Shown: positions 1 through 9,588 of the stretch, piece after piece
How the letters are laid out: each line of letters opens with the position of its first letter
Position numbering within the stretch: position 1 is the first letter of the stretch
Assembly: GCA_016192455.1 (NCBI GenBank)
Contig: JACPUC010000002.1
Location: 62,001-126,000, forward strand
Direction: 5' to 3'
From: Candidatus Tectimicrobiota bacterium
GTDB lineage: Bacteria > JACPUC01
DNA: 64,000 bases
Notes under the pieces: generated by a model
What the model saw: the letters and a program-made list of their open reading frames with translations, nothing else
Told to the model about the DNA's origin: nothing
Database searches by the model: none
Translations under genes and position numbers: made by a program

Positions 1-120
1 CCGCAGGTGCGGGCGATTCTCTCCGGGGAGGCCGCGTCGGGCGGGCGCGAAGGCAACCGAAGGGAGTAGGCCGGAGCCGCGGCCGGCCTTGCCAGGCAGG
101 AGCAGGTCAGGGGAGGGAGC

Positions 121-1893
121 ATGCTGCCGAAAGGTGTCGTCGATCAGGAGCTGCGCGTCGATCTCCTCGTCCTCGGCTCTGAGGGGGCCGGCGCCAAGGC
201 TGCCATTGAAGCGTATGACCTTGGCGTCACCAACAGTGTCATGGTGACGAAGGGGTTCTTCGGCAAGAGCGGCGTGACACTGATGGCGGGCCGTGCCGTG
301 CAGGCCGCCCTTGGCCATATGGACCCCCATGACAACCCCGAGGTGCACCTGAAAGACACCGTGGAGGTCGGAGGGTACCTGACCAACCAGAAGCTCTCCG
401 AGCGGCTCGTCACCCTGGCGCTCACCGAGATTCCGAAGCTGGAGACCTGGGGCGCCCGCTTCCAGAAAGAGGGAGACAAGTTCTTCCAGATCCAGTTGCC
501 CGGCGCCTCCTATCCGCGCTCCTGCACCTCCGCCGTGCAGCAGGGCGGCCTCGAGTGGCGGCGCGCTTACAAGGCGCAGGCGCGCAAACGGCGCCTGCGG
601 GTGCTGGAGAACGTCTTCGTCACCTCCCTGATGACGAAGGGGGGCCGCGTCTGCGGCGCCACCGCGGTCAACCTCGCCGACGGCCAGTTCTACCTCCTGC
701 GCGCCAAGGCCGTGGTGCTGGCCTGCGGCGGCGCGACGCAGCTCTTCCCCCATACCGACGCCGCGCTGGAGGCCACCGGCGACGGCATGGCGCTCGCCTA
801 CCGCGCCGGCTGCGACCTGGTGGACATGGAGTTCCACATGTTCTTCCCGTTCGGCGTGCTCTGGCCGACGGGCTTCCAGGGCCAAATCTGGCCGGCGGAC
901 TTCCGCTACCGGCTGCGCGCCAAGTTCTACAACAACCTCGGCGAGGAATTCCTCCTGCGCTACCAGCCGGAGTGGGGCAACTGGGGGCTGCGCGACCCGA
1001 CCTCGCAGGCGATCTACCTCGAGAACCTCTACGGGCGCGGCTCGCCGCACGGTGGCGCCTACCTGTCGATCAACCACCTGCCGCGGAACATGATCGACAA
1101 CTTCATCGCCAAGTTCCACCGCAACCGCAAGAAGTGGTACTGGACGAAGCTGCAGCAGCTTGGCGTGGACCTGCGCACTGATGCCATCGAGGTGGGGCCG
1201 GTCTCCCACTACACCATGGGCGGTGTGCGCGTGGATGAGTGCTGCCGCACCACGCTGCAAGGCCTCTTCGCTGCCGGCGAGGTGGCGGGAGGGATGGACG
1301 GTGCCGAGCGCCTCGACGGCGGCCCGGCGATCACCTGGACCCAGACCATGGGACTAATCTGCGCCCAGGAGAGTGCCGCCCACCTGCAAGGCGCCGAGCT
1401 GCCGGAGATTGATGCGCAGCAGGTGCGGGAGGCCCGCGAGCGGGCCTACCAGCCGCTGGCGCGCTCCGAAGGTCCGCGAGGTTACGAGGCGAAGCGGCTC
1501 GTCAAACAGCTCATGGGCGCCGCCTGCACCTTCGTGCGCGACGAGGCGCGCCTGCGGGAGGGCTTGGCGCGGCTGGCGCGCCTGCGGGAAGAGGTGCTGC
1601 CGCGGCTCTCCGCCAATCCGACGCGCCGCTACAACCGGGACTGGGTGCACGCCCTTGAGGCGCAGAACCTTGCCGATGTTGCCGAGCTGGTGCTGCATGC
1701 GGCGCTCACCCGGCGCGAGAGCCGCAAGGCGCATTTCCGCTCGGACTTCCCGAAGGAAGACCCGGCGTGGATCAAGAACGTCATCCTGCGGCGGGGGGGA
1801 GATGGGCGGCTGGAGGTCCAGATCGTCGATCCGGTGATGACGAAAGTGTTTCCCCCGGTGACCACTCCGTCCGGCCGCGATGGTTCAGCATGA
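121..1893 (+). CDS. FAD-dependent oxidoreductase, SdhA/FrdA/NadB flavoprotein family (divergent active site)
   Basis: N-terminal GSEGAG dinucleotide fold, TGDGMALAYRAG, DMEF, HYTMGG, GLFAAGEVAGG, GAERL and RRESRKAHFRSDFP motifs; GGGAGGGAG RBS. Confidence 0.9.
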   Translation: MLPKGVVDQELRVDLLVLGSEGAGAKAAIEAYDLGVTNSVMVTKGFFGKSGVTLMAGRAVQAALGHMDPHDNPEVHLKDTVEVGGYLTNQKLSERLVTLALTEIPKLETWGARFQKEGDKFFQIQLPGASYPRSCTSAVQQGGLEWRRAYKAQARKRRLRVLENVFVTSLMTKGGRVCGATAVNLADGQFYLLRAKAVVLACGGATQLFPHTDAALEATGDGMALAYRAGCDLVDMEFHMFFPFGVLWPTGFQGQIWPADFRYRLRAKFYNNLGEEFLLRYQPEWGNWGLRDPTSQAIYLENLYGRGSPHGGAYLSINHLPRNMIDNFIAKFHRNRKKWYWTKLQQLGVDLRTDAIEVGPVSHYTMGGVRVDECCRTTLQGLFAAGEVAGGMDGAERLDGGPAITWTQTMGLICAQESAAHLQGAELPEIDAQQVREARERAYQPLARSEGPRGYEAKRLVKQLMGAACTFVRDEARLREGLARLARLREEVLPRLSANPTRRYNRDWVHALEAQNLADVAELVLHAALTRRESRKAHFRSDFPKEDPAWIKNVILRRGGDGRLEVQIVDPVMTKVFPPVTTPSGRDGSA

Positions 1894-1914
1894 GAACCGC
1901 CAGAGGGCGATGAG

Positions 1915-2298
1915 ATGATGGGGAAGATGGGGAAAGAATCAGCTCGCAGCTCCAGTTCTGAAGGCACGGTCGAAGTGTTTCGTTTCGATCCCAAGGTCGA
2001 TGCGGCGCCCCGCTACGAGACGTTTCGCGTCCCTTACCCGGAGTGGAAGGACAAGAAGGTGCTCGAGGTGCTGCACTACATCTTTGAGCGCTTCGATGGC
2101 TCGCTCGCCATGGGTGAGTCCTGCACGGTGCAGCATTGCGGCAGTTGCGGCATCCGCATGAACGGGCGCTCCATCCTGGCCTGCGATGTGCCGGCGGAGG
2201 GGGCAATGAAGCTGGAACCCCTCTCCGTCAAGCGCGTGCTGAAGGACCTGCTCGTCGACCAGTCGTTCAGCTCCGAGGAAGAGGAGGTCGCCGAGTAG
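1915..2298 (+). CDS. 2Fe-2S protein equivalent to the SdhB/FrdB N-terminal domain only
   Basis: VFRFDP start and SC-x4-CGSC-x11-C motif (ESCTVQHCGSC...ILAC); ends at KDLLVD with no 4Fe-4S/3Fe-4S domain. Confidence 0.85.
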   Translation: MMGKMGKESARSSSSEGTVEVFRFDPKVDAAPRYETFRVPYPEWKDKKVLEVLHYIFERFDGSLAMGESCTVQHCGSCGIRMNGRSILACDVPAEGAMKLEPLSVKRVLKDLLVDQSFSSEEEEVAE

Positions 2299-2550
2299 GA
2301 GGCGGCGTCGTCCGCAGAGAACTCCTTGAGACAGTGCGTCGGCAAGCGAGCCGGTTGTGCCGCCGCCACGCCGGGGATTGGCGGGAAGGGCCGGCGGAAG
2401 GTCGGCGGCGCGGGGACGAGGCCGGGGGGAGAAGCGCCGGGGAGCCTGGGCGCGGCGGCGGCCGGCGGCTGGTCCAGGAAGGAAGCGGTTGGCTCACGGC
2501 AGGATCGGCGCGAGCCGCCGAGAGGTGAACCTTGTAAGAGGAGCAGGGCT

Positions 2551-3546
2551 ATGCGAAACGTGGTGAGATTCCTGGGGCTTGGAATTCTTGCGCTCGTTCT
2601 TGCAGCGGGGGCGATGCCGTCCTCGACGGCGCGGGCGGCGGGCGAGGTGCTGGTCGGGCATGTGGCCGGCGGCACCGGCGCGCTCTCGCCGATCGTCATC
2701 AAGCAGCAAAAGATGGCGGAGAAGAACGGGGTGACCATCACCTGGCGCGGCTTCGCCGATCCCGCTCCGCTGCACCAGGCCTTGCAGCTCGCCCAGATTC
2801 CGGTCTCCAGCACCACCGGCATCGACGCCATCATCCGCTCGATCAACGCCGGGCGCGAGCTGCAGATGGTCTACCCGCACATCCGCAACCACATGTCCGT
2901 CCTGGTGCGCAAGGATGCGCCCTACAAGTCGCTGGCCGACCTGAAAGGGAAGCGCCTCGGCATCTACACCTGGAATACCGGCTCGACGGCGACGCTGGTG
3001 AGCATCTACAAGAACCTCTACGGCCTCGACATGCGGAAAGATCTGCAGGTCATCGTGGCGAAGGGGCCCGCCATGCCGGGGCTCCTTGAGAAGGAGCAGT
3101 TAGAGGCCATTCACCTCTTCGAGCCGTTGCCGCTGAAGCTCGTTCTCTCAGGGAAGTTTCGCGTTCTCGTGGCAACGCGCGACGAGTGGCTGAAGGTGAA
3201 AGGCGGCGGAGAGCAGCTCTTCGCGGGCATCGCCGTCGACGCGAAGTGGGCGCGCGAAAACAGCGACACCTTGAAGCGCTTGGTGAAGACCTTCAAGGAG
3301 AGCTTCGAGTACATCAGGAGCCATCCCGACGTCTATGTGGAGACGGGGTTCATTGAACTGATCGGTTTGAAAGCGACCCCGGAGATCGTGCGCCTGTTCC
3401 AGGAGCGCATCACCCCGATCTTCCAGACGCAGTTCGATGTAGCCTTCATCAAGGCGCAGGACAAGTTCCTGCAGGACATGGTGGAGAACGAGATCGTCAC
3501 CAAGATTCCGCCAAACTGGTACTCGCTGGAGTACGCGCCGAAGTAA
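2551..3546 (+). CDS. ABC transporter substrate-binding protein, SsuA/TauA/NMT1 type
   Basis: Signal peptide, SLADLKGKRLG motif; GAGGAG RBS before ATG 2551. Confidence 0.85.
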   Translation: MRNVVRFLGLGILALVLAAGAMPSSTARAAGEVLVGHVAGGTGALSPIVIKQQKMAEKNGVTITWRGFADPAPLHQALQLAQIPVSSTTGIDAIIRSINAGRELQMVYPHIRNHMSVLVRKDAPYKSLADLKGKRLGIYTWNTGSTATLVSIYKNLYGLDMRKDLQVIVAKGPAMPGLLEKEQLEAIHLFEPLPLKLVLSGKFRVLVATRDEWLKVKGGGEQLFAGIAVDAKWARENSDTLKRLVKTFKESFEYIRSHPDVYVETGFIELIGLKATPEIVRLFQERITPIFQTQFDVAFIKAQDKFLQDMVENEIVTKIPPNWYSLEYAPK

Positions 3547-3747
3547 CGGCTTGGACTCGGCATCCTCATCGGGGCGCCGTGGCCGCGGGGTTGGACGCGG
3601 CGCCTCCCTCCCTTTGCCTGCCGCCGTATCGCCTGCCGGCGGCGCGAGGCGGACGCTCCGCGCCCGCGTGCAGCGCCGCCTTTGAGCGCCGGCGCAGGAC
3701 GCAGCCTTCCTCAGATCCCCGCGGTCTTGTTCTGTGGGCTTCTCTTC

Positions 3748-4518
3748 TCAATCCGGCAGGATTTCCTCGACCAGGATGCGGCCGATCTCGGCTTCCAACT
3801 CCGTCAGCTCGCGGCTGGTGGTCGAGCGGGGGCGGGGGAGGGTGACGCGGATTTCCCGGTAGATCGAGGTCGGGCGGTTCGTCATCAGGAAGATGCGGTC
3901 GGCGAAGTAGACGGCCTCGCCGATGTTGTGGGTGACGAAGAGGATCGTCGGACGCGCCGCCTCGAGGAGGCGCACAAACTCACCGCGAATACGCATGGCG
4001 GTGATGGCATCGACGCTGTTGAGAGGCTCATCCATGAGGATGATCTGCGGGCTGATGATCAGGGCGCGGATGAGAGAGATGCGGCTCTGCATGCCGCCGG
4101 AGAGGCGCTGGGGGTAGGTGTCCTTGAAGGCGTAGAGGCCCACCATGTCCAGGTAGCGGCGGATGAGGGCGGCGCGCTCGGCGGCGGGAAGGCCGAGCGG
4201 CTTCAGCGTCAAGAGGAGGTTCTTCTCGACGGACATCCAATCGAGCAGGCGCGGCTCCTGAAAGACGTAGCCGATGCCGCTGGGCAGCGCCCGCGCGCCC
4301 GCCGTGATCTCCACATCGCCGATGACCACGCTCCCCTCGGTGGGGCTGAGGAGCCCGGCCACCACATTGAGCAAGGTTGACTTGCCGCACCCTGAAGGGC
4401 CGAGCAGACAGATAAACTCCCCCTCCTCGACGCTGGCGGTGATCTTATCCAGCACCGGCAGGCTGCCGCCCTCGGCGATCGGAAACTGCAGGCTCAAGCT
4501 TTGGAACGCTAGTCGCAT
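3748..4518 (-). CDS. ABC transporter ATP-binding protein, SsuB/TauB type
   Basis: GPSGCGKS Walker A, LSGGM signature, ILMDEP Walker B, FVTH. Confidence 0.92.
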   Translation of the reverse strand: MRLAFQSLSLQFPIAEGGSLPVLDKITASVEEGEFICLLGPSGCGKSTLLNVVAGLLSPTEGSVVIGDVEITAGARALPSGIGYVFQEPRLLDWMSVEKNLLLTLKPLGLPAAERAALIRRYLDMVGLYAFKDTYPQRLSGGMQSRISLIRALIISPQIILMDEPLNSVDAITAMRIRGEFVRLLEAARPTILFVTHNIGEAVYFADRIFLMTNRPTSIYREIRVTLPRPRSTTSRELTELEAEIGRILVEEILPD

Positions 4519-4791
4519 TGGTGTACGCCCGCCTCGCCTCTTCCAGGGTTGTCGCTAACCCACATCCTGCTCACCTTCGCCGCAGGGGTGCGCCACGCCG
4601 CGCCAGGTCGGCATTCGTCGCGCTTCTCGGAGATGTCTCGTCGCGGCAGCGCGGCGCCTGCCTCCCAGGACCCAGGTCGTTGGTGTGCCTGCGGCGCTGC
4701 CTGATTCACCCCCCTCTCCGCGCGACGCCCTCTGGAGCGACTCGGGATCAAACCGCGCCTCCCCATGAGGAAAGAGGTTGCTGAGGTTCGC

Positions 4792-5625
4792 CTAGAAGTT
4801 GATCTCCGGTCGCCACGCCAGCACCCGCCGTTCCAGAACCCGGATGACGCCGAACTCCATGACCGTCATGATCACCACGAGGATGAACGTCCAGGCAAAG
4901 ACATGGCTCATGGAGAGCAAGCCGAACCAGTACGCGAACTGGTAGCCGACGCCGTTGCTGGAGCCGAGCATCTCGACGACCACGGCGATCTTCCAGCAAA
5001 TGCCGATGCCGTAGCGCGAGGACGAGAAGACGTAGGGGAGGATCTGCGGCAGGATGACCCGCAGGAGGATGTCGGCGCGGCTTAAGCGGAACACCTTGGC
5101 CATATCGAGCAGCTTCGTATTGATGCTCTTCACACCGCCCCAGATGTTCACGGTGATGACCGGGAAGGAGGTGATGGCGATGGCGACGATCACCCCCGCC
5201 TCCGAGAGGCCGAAGATCATCAGGGTGATGATAGCCCAGACGAGGCTGGGGATGGTCAAACCGATGACGACCCAGAGGCTGAAGGTGCGCTCGAAGTATT
5301 GGCGCAGGCCCATGAGCGTGCCGAGGATCAGCCCGAGGATCTCGGCGATGAAGAAGCCGATGAAGAGCCGCATCAAGGTGAGGACGATGTGCACGTAGGT
5401 GTCGGGCTTCTGCAGTAACCCACCCAGCACAGTGAATGTTTGCAGAGGGGTTGCCAGGATGAACTGCGAGGGCAACAGCGCGGCAAGCAGCCACCAGGCC
5501 AGCAGCGCCCCCAGCACCGAGTACAGGTAAGGGAGGTAAGAGCCGACGCGGCGCCGCACCGCGCGGCTTGCCCGCGGAGCTGAACTGGCGATGACCGGCA
5601 GTTGCTGAACCTTCTCACTCTGCAT
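4792..5625 (-). CDS. ABC transporter permease, SsuC/TauC type
   Basis: Multiple TM segments, EAA-like loop (LLDMAKVFRLS), VVEMLGSSNGVG; start chosen at ATG 5625. Confidence 0.9.
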   Translation of the reverse strand: MQSEKVQQLPVIASSAPRASRAVRRRVGSYLPYLYSVLGALLAWWLLAALLPSQFILATPLQTFTVLGGLLQKPDTYVHIVLTLMRLFIGFFIAEILGLILGTLMGLRQYFERTFSLWVVIGLTIPSLVWAIITLMIFGLSEAGVIVAIAITSFPVITVNIWGGVKSINTKLLDMAKVFRLSRADILLRVILPQILPYVFSSSRYGIGICWKIAVVVEMLGSSNGVGYQFAYWFGLLSMSHVFAWTFILVVIMTVMEFGVIRVLERRVLAWRPEINF

Positions 5626-5834
5626 GGAGACGTCCCCAGCGCGCACGCTGAGCCGGAGCGCCGCCGCGCGCTCCCTCCCCCAGCCTCAGCCGTCCCTTCT
5701 GACGCCACCGAGAGACCAAAACCCCCCGCCTGCCACCCCATCAGTCTGGCTGGGAGGCAGCCTGCCTTCAACGGCCATCATCTGCTTCCTGGGATCAAGA
5801 CGGCGGGGTGGCGCGGCGCGCAGACATGGGCGCG

Positions 5835-5872
5835 AACCCTTGTACTGAATTTCGTTCATTGTGTCAAGGGTT
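5835..5872 (-). promoter_or_regulatory. sigma70-type promoter for the permease/ATPase with an embedded palindromic operator
   Basis: Minus strand TTGACA (5867-5862), 17 bp, TACAAG; TGAA-N5-TTCA in the spacer; flanked by the AACCCTTG/CAAGGGTT inverted repeat. Confidence 0.5.
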
Positions 5873-5943
5873 AAGGAGTGCTGCCGCAGCGGCGAAGCCG
5901 GACGGCAACGCCGCGACGGACAAGCTGCCGGCCGCTGCGCTGC

Positions 5944-6867
5944 TCACAGTATCTTGCGCAAGGGGATGATGCCGCGCTGGCGCAGCAACCCGAGGACACC
6001 ATTGGGCATGAGGAGGACGATGGTGACGATGAGGAGACCGAAGATCGACTGGTGCAGGAAGGGAAAGCGCACCCACACCAGCTCGGCGAAGATGGAGAGG
6101 ACCACGGCGCCGAGCACCGGGCCAAGCACCGTACCCTTCCCGCCGAAGAGCGTCATGATGATCATCTGGATGGTGGTGAGCACCGCAAAGCTGCTCTCGG
6201 GATCAATGAAACTTTGGTAGCGGGCGAAGAGCGCCCCCGCCAGGCCGGGGAAGAAGGCGCTGAGGATGAAGGCATAGACTTTCAGGCGTGTCGTATCAAT
6301 GCCCATCACCTCGGCGGCCACCTCATCTTCCCGGATGGCCATGAGGCGTAAGCCGAATTTCGAGCGGTTCAGGGAGCGGGCCGTGAGGACGACCGCCGCC
6401 GCGACTACCGCCATGGCGTAGTACATGATGCGGTTGTTCTCGATGGGGCGCAGGTAGAGACCGGTGGCGCCCTTGGTGATCCCCTCGAAGGCGAGGACAA
6501 GGATGCGCACAAGCTCGTTCACGGCGAGCATCGCAATGGCGAAGTAAGCGCCCCGCAGGCGCAGGCAGGGGTAACCGATGACCACCGCCAGGAGCGCCGC
6601 CCCCAGGCCCGCGAAGAGAACGGCCAGCGGCCAAGCCGTGCCGTGCGCCATGGCGATGCCGCCGACATAGGCGCCCACCCCGAAGAAGACGACGTGCCCG
6701 AACGAGACGTAGCCGACGTAGCCTGAGATGAGGTTCCAGCTCGAGGCCAGGCAGATGTACATGAAGATGATGAGCTGCAGGGTGGTGAGGTAGGCGGAGC
6801 TTACCCACGGCGCCAGAACGAGCCAGACGCCGACGACGACGAAGGTGGCGCAGAGGAGCGATTTCAC
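5944..6867 (-). CDS. livM: branched-chain amino acid ABC permease, LivM type
   Basis: WNLISGYVGYVSFGH, LRLRGAYFAIAML, AIREDEVAAEVMGI. Confidence 0.9.
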   Translation of the reverse strand: MKSLLCATFVVVGVWLVLAPWVSSAYLTTLQLIIFMYICLASSWNLISGYVGYVSFGHVVFFGVGAYVGGIAMAHGTAWPLAVLFAGLGAALLAVVIGYPCLRLRGAYFAIAMLAVNELVRILVLAFEGITKGATGLYLRPIENNRIMYYAMAVVAAAVVLTARSLNRSKFGLRLMAIREDEVAAEVMGIDTTRLKVYAFILSAFFPGLAGALFARYQSFIDPESSFAVLTTIQMIIMTLFGGKGTVLGPVLGAVVLSIFAELVWVRFPFLHQSIFGLLIVTIVLLMPNGVLGLLRQRGIIPLRKIL

Positions 6868-6891
6868 GAGCCTCGCATTCCTCGCAGCGGC

Positions 6892-7761
6892 TCAGTTGGC
6901 CTCGGCTCGACCGAAGATGCCGCTCGGGCGGACGAGCAGGATGAAGACGAGGAGGCCATAGGCGACGGCCTCGGAGATATTCGAGGCGAGGTAGAGGGCC
7001 GCGAGCCCTTCCACAAGGCCCAGGATCAGCCCGCCAAGGAAAGCGCCGGAGTAGCTCCCCAGCCCGCCCAGGACGACGACGCAGAACGCCTTCAGGTTGA
7101 GGATGGCCCCCATCTCCGGGTGCATGGAGAACATGATGCTCATGAGCGAGCCGCCGGCCCCGGCCAGGGCGCAGCCGAAGCCGAAGGCGTAGCGATACAC
7201 TCGGTGCACGTCGATGCCGCACACCATCGCCACCTCACGGTGCTGCGAGGTGGCCCGAATGGCCATGCCCAGGCGGCTGTACCGCAGGTAGGCGAAGGCC
7301 CCGACGGTGATGGCGAGCGCGATGACGAAGCTCACCACGCGGGGGATCGAGAAGGCGATGCTCCCTAGGTAGAACGAGCCGGTCAGGTAGGGAACGGAGC
7401 GGTAGTCCGAGGTGAAAACATAGCGGATGGCATTGGTGAGGAAGATCGCGATGCCGAACGTGAGGAGCAGGGAGGAGAGCTCTGGGGCGTCGACGACATG
7501 CCGCACGACGTAGCGCTGCAAGAGGTAGCCGAAGCCGAACATCACGGGCATCGAGACGAAGAGCGATAGGAGCGGGTTGAAGCCGAGGAGCGTGAACAGC
7601 CAGTAGGTGATGTAGCTCCCCAGCACCAACAGCTCGCCATGCGCGATGTTGATGACGCGCATGACGCCGAAGATCATCGTCAGGCCAAGGGCCACGAGCG
7701 AGTAAATGCCGCCCACCAGCACCCCGCCGACGAGCACTTGCGTGAGGAGATGGAGATCCAC
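6892..7761 (-). CDS. livH: branched-chain amino acid ABC permease, LivH type
   Basis: ALGLTMIFGVMRVINIAHGE, VVVLGGLGS, RPSGIFG. Confidence 0.92.
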   Translation of the reverse strand: MDLHLLTQVLVGGVLVGGIYSLVALGLTMIFGVMRVINIAHGELLVLGSYITYWLFTLLGFNPLLSLFVSMPVMFGFGYLLQRYVVRHVVDAPELSSLLLTFGIAIFLTNAIRYVFTSDYRSVPYLTGSFYLGSIAFSIPRVVSFVIALAITVGAFAYLRYSRLGMAIRATSQHREVAMVCGIDVHRVYRYAFGFGCALAGAGGSLMSIMFSMHPEMGAILNLKAFCVVVLGGLGSYSGAFLGGLILGLVEGLAALYLASNISEAVAYGLLVFILLVRPSGIFGRAEAN

Positions 7762-7880
7762 GCGGCGCTCCCTCCAGGGCGCTCGGGCGTTTCGTGCTAC
7801 GTCTCAAAACTCACTGGCAAATTTGCTGCGTTGCAGGCTCCATTTTTTGTGGGGGACCCTTGCTCCCCCACACCCCCAGT

Positions 7881-7948
7881 GAGAGAGGAGCGAAGAGAAA
7901 GGGGAAAGGAGAATTCCGGTTGCTCTCTTTTCTCCTTTCACCTATCTC
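7881..7948. repeat. inverted pair of 7-nt periodic purine/pyrimidine repeats
   Basis: GAGAGAG GAGCGAA GAGAAAG GGGAAAG GAGAA, a spacer, then CTCTCTT TTCTCCT TTCACCT ATCTC. Confidence 0.6.
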
Positions 7949-8104
7949 GCCGCCGCGCGGCTCCCTCGCACAAAAACTGCCTCAGGTTGGCGACGAGGCT
8001 CCCAATTTAGGTAACGAACTTAGGAGCCACCACAGAAGCAGGCGCGGCCGACGGCAGGTGCCCGGGACGGTCGGCCGCGCCAGCGTCAGCGCTGCAACGC
8101 CTGC

Positions 8105-9289
8105 TCAGCGCAGGGGAATCCGCACCTGGGCGCTGGCCAGCGGCGCCGGCCAGATGATCTCCTTCTTACCATTCTGCCACTGGATGAGGATGGACTCATG
8201 CTCCATCTGCAGGCCGTCCGCGTTCACCCCATACTTGCCGAAGGGGGTTTCCAGCTTCATGCTCACGAGCTGCTGGCGGATCTTCTCCTGGTCCAGCGAG
8301 CCGGCGCGCCGCACCGCCTCCTCCAGCACGATCGCCGCGGCCACCGCGGAGCCGGTGTGGTAGTCAGGCTCGCGCTTGAACATCTCGGTGTAGGTGCGCA
8401 CGAAGTCGGCGTTCCCCTTCGTCTTCAAGGTGGGTTCCCATTGGGAGGGGCCGATGACGTTCTCGGCGATCGGTCCCAGGTTCTTGTAGAACTCCGGGGT
8501 GGCCGGGCCGACCGTGGCGGCGAAGAGCTTCGGTCGGACGTCGAGCTCCTTCATCTGCCGGGTGATCTGCTGCGAGTCGGGGGCGTAGGTGCCAGCCAAC
8601 AGGAGATCGGGGTTGCGCGCCTTGATCTTGCTCAGCAGCGCCACGAAGTCGGTGAGACCCTTGGGGTACGCCTCGCTGTGCACCACCGCGAGGCCCGCCT
8701 TCTTGGCTTGCTGCGTGGCGCCCAGCACGACCGACTTGGGGAAGAACGCATCCTCGTACATGAACGCCACGCTCTTGAAGCCCTTCTGCTTGGCGATGTC
8801 GATGACGCCATCGAAGTAGTTCTCGGCCGGCGTGTAGACCATGAAGACATACTTGAAGCCGCGCTTCCAGATCTCCGTGGAGGCGGCGCCGCCGGCCACC
8901 ATCGGCATCTTGTACTTCTCGCTCACGGTGCTGGCGACCGCCGTGACGCCGCTCGAGTACGGCCCCAGGATGAGATCGACCTTCTCCTGCGTGATGAGGC
9001 GCTCGTAGAGCTTCTTCGCATCCTGGCTGCTGCTCTTGTCGTCCAGGATGCGCAGCTCCACCTTGCGGCCGAGCAGCCCGCCGCGTTCATTCACCTTCGC
9101 CGCCCACCAGCGGTAGCCCTCTTCTTGATACTTGCCGGCACGTTCGTACTCGCCCGAGGCGGCGACCGTGGCGCCGACGACAATCGGCTTCTGGGCGACG
9201 GCCTGGGCGAGAGAAGCGTCGGGTGCGGCAAGAAGAGCGGCGCACGCTAGGAGCAGGGAGACAAGAGTAACCGGGGAGAGTCGCTTCAT
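8105..9289 (-). CDS. ABC substrate-binding protein, LivK/LivJ (Peripla_BP_6) type
   Basis: Signal peptide, NERGGLLGRKVEL, ILGPYSS; GGGAGG RBS before ATG 9289. Confidence 0.9.
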   Translation of the reverse strand: MKRLSPVTLVSLLLACAALLAAPDASLAQAVAQKPIVVGATVAASGEYERAGKYQEEGYRWWAAKVNERGGLLGRKVELRILDDKSSSQDAKKLYERLITQEKVDLILGPYSSGVTAVASTVSEKYKMPMVAGGAASTEIWKRGFKYVFMVYTPAENYFDGVIDIAKQKGFKSVAFMYEDAFFPKSVVLGATQQAKKAGLAVVHSEAYPKGLTDFVALLSKIKARNPDLLLAGTYAPDSQQITRQMKELDVRPKLFAATVGPATPEFYKNLGPIAENVIGPSQWEPTLKTKGNADFVRTYTEMFKREPDYHTGSAVAAAIVLEEAVRRAGSLDQEKIRQQLVSMKLETPFGKYGVNADGLQMEHESILIQWQNGKKEIIWPAPLASAQVRIPLR

Positions 9290-9588
9290 GGTTGCCGTAC
9301 CTCCCAACACGGGGGACCGGGTGCGCAGCTTTACCGATCCGCGCCATGCCAAAACTCCGCGGAAGCGACGCCGTGCCAGCGCGCCAGCCCGGCGCGCCGG
9401 CCCTGCCGCCACCGCCTCCGATCCTCGCCTTGCTGCGAGTCTAACCGGGCCTCGTCAGGTGGTCAAGTGCTGGGCAGCTCCTCCCGGCAACGCTTCTCAT
9501 CTGCCTGGCCAGCAGGTATACTGAGCGCTCTCACGTGAGTCGCTCCGCTTGCCCGACAGCCACGAGTCCTCTCAGGAACGGAACTCCC

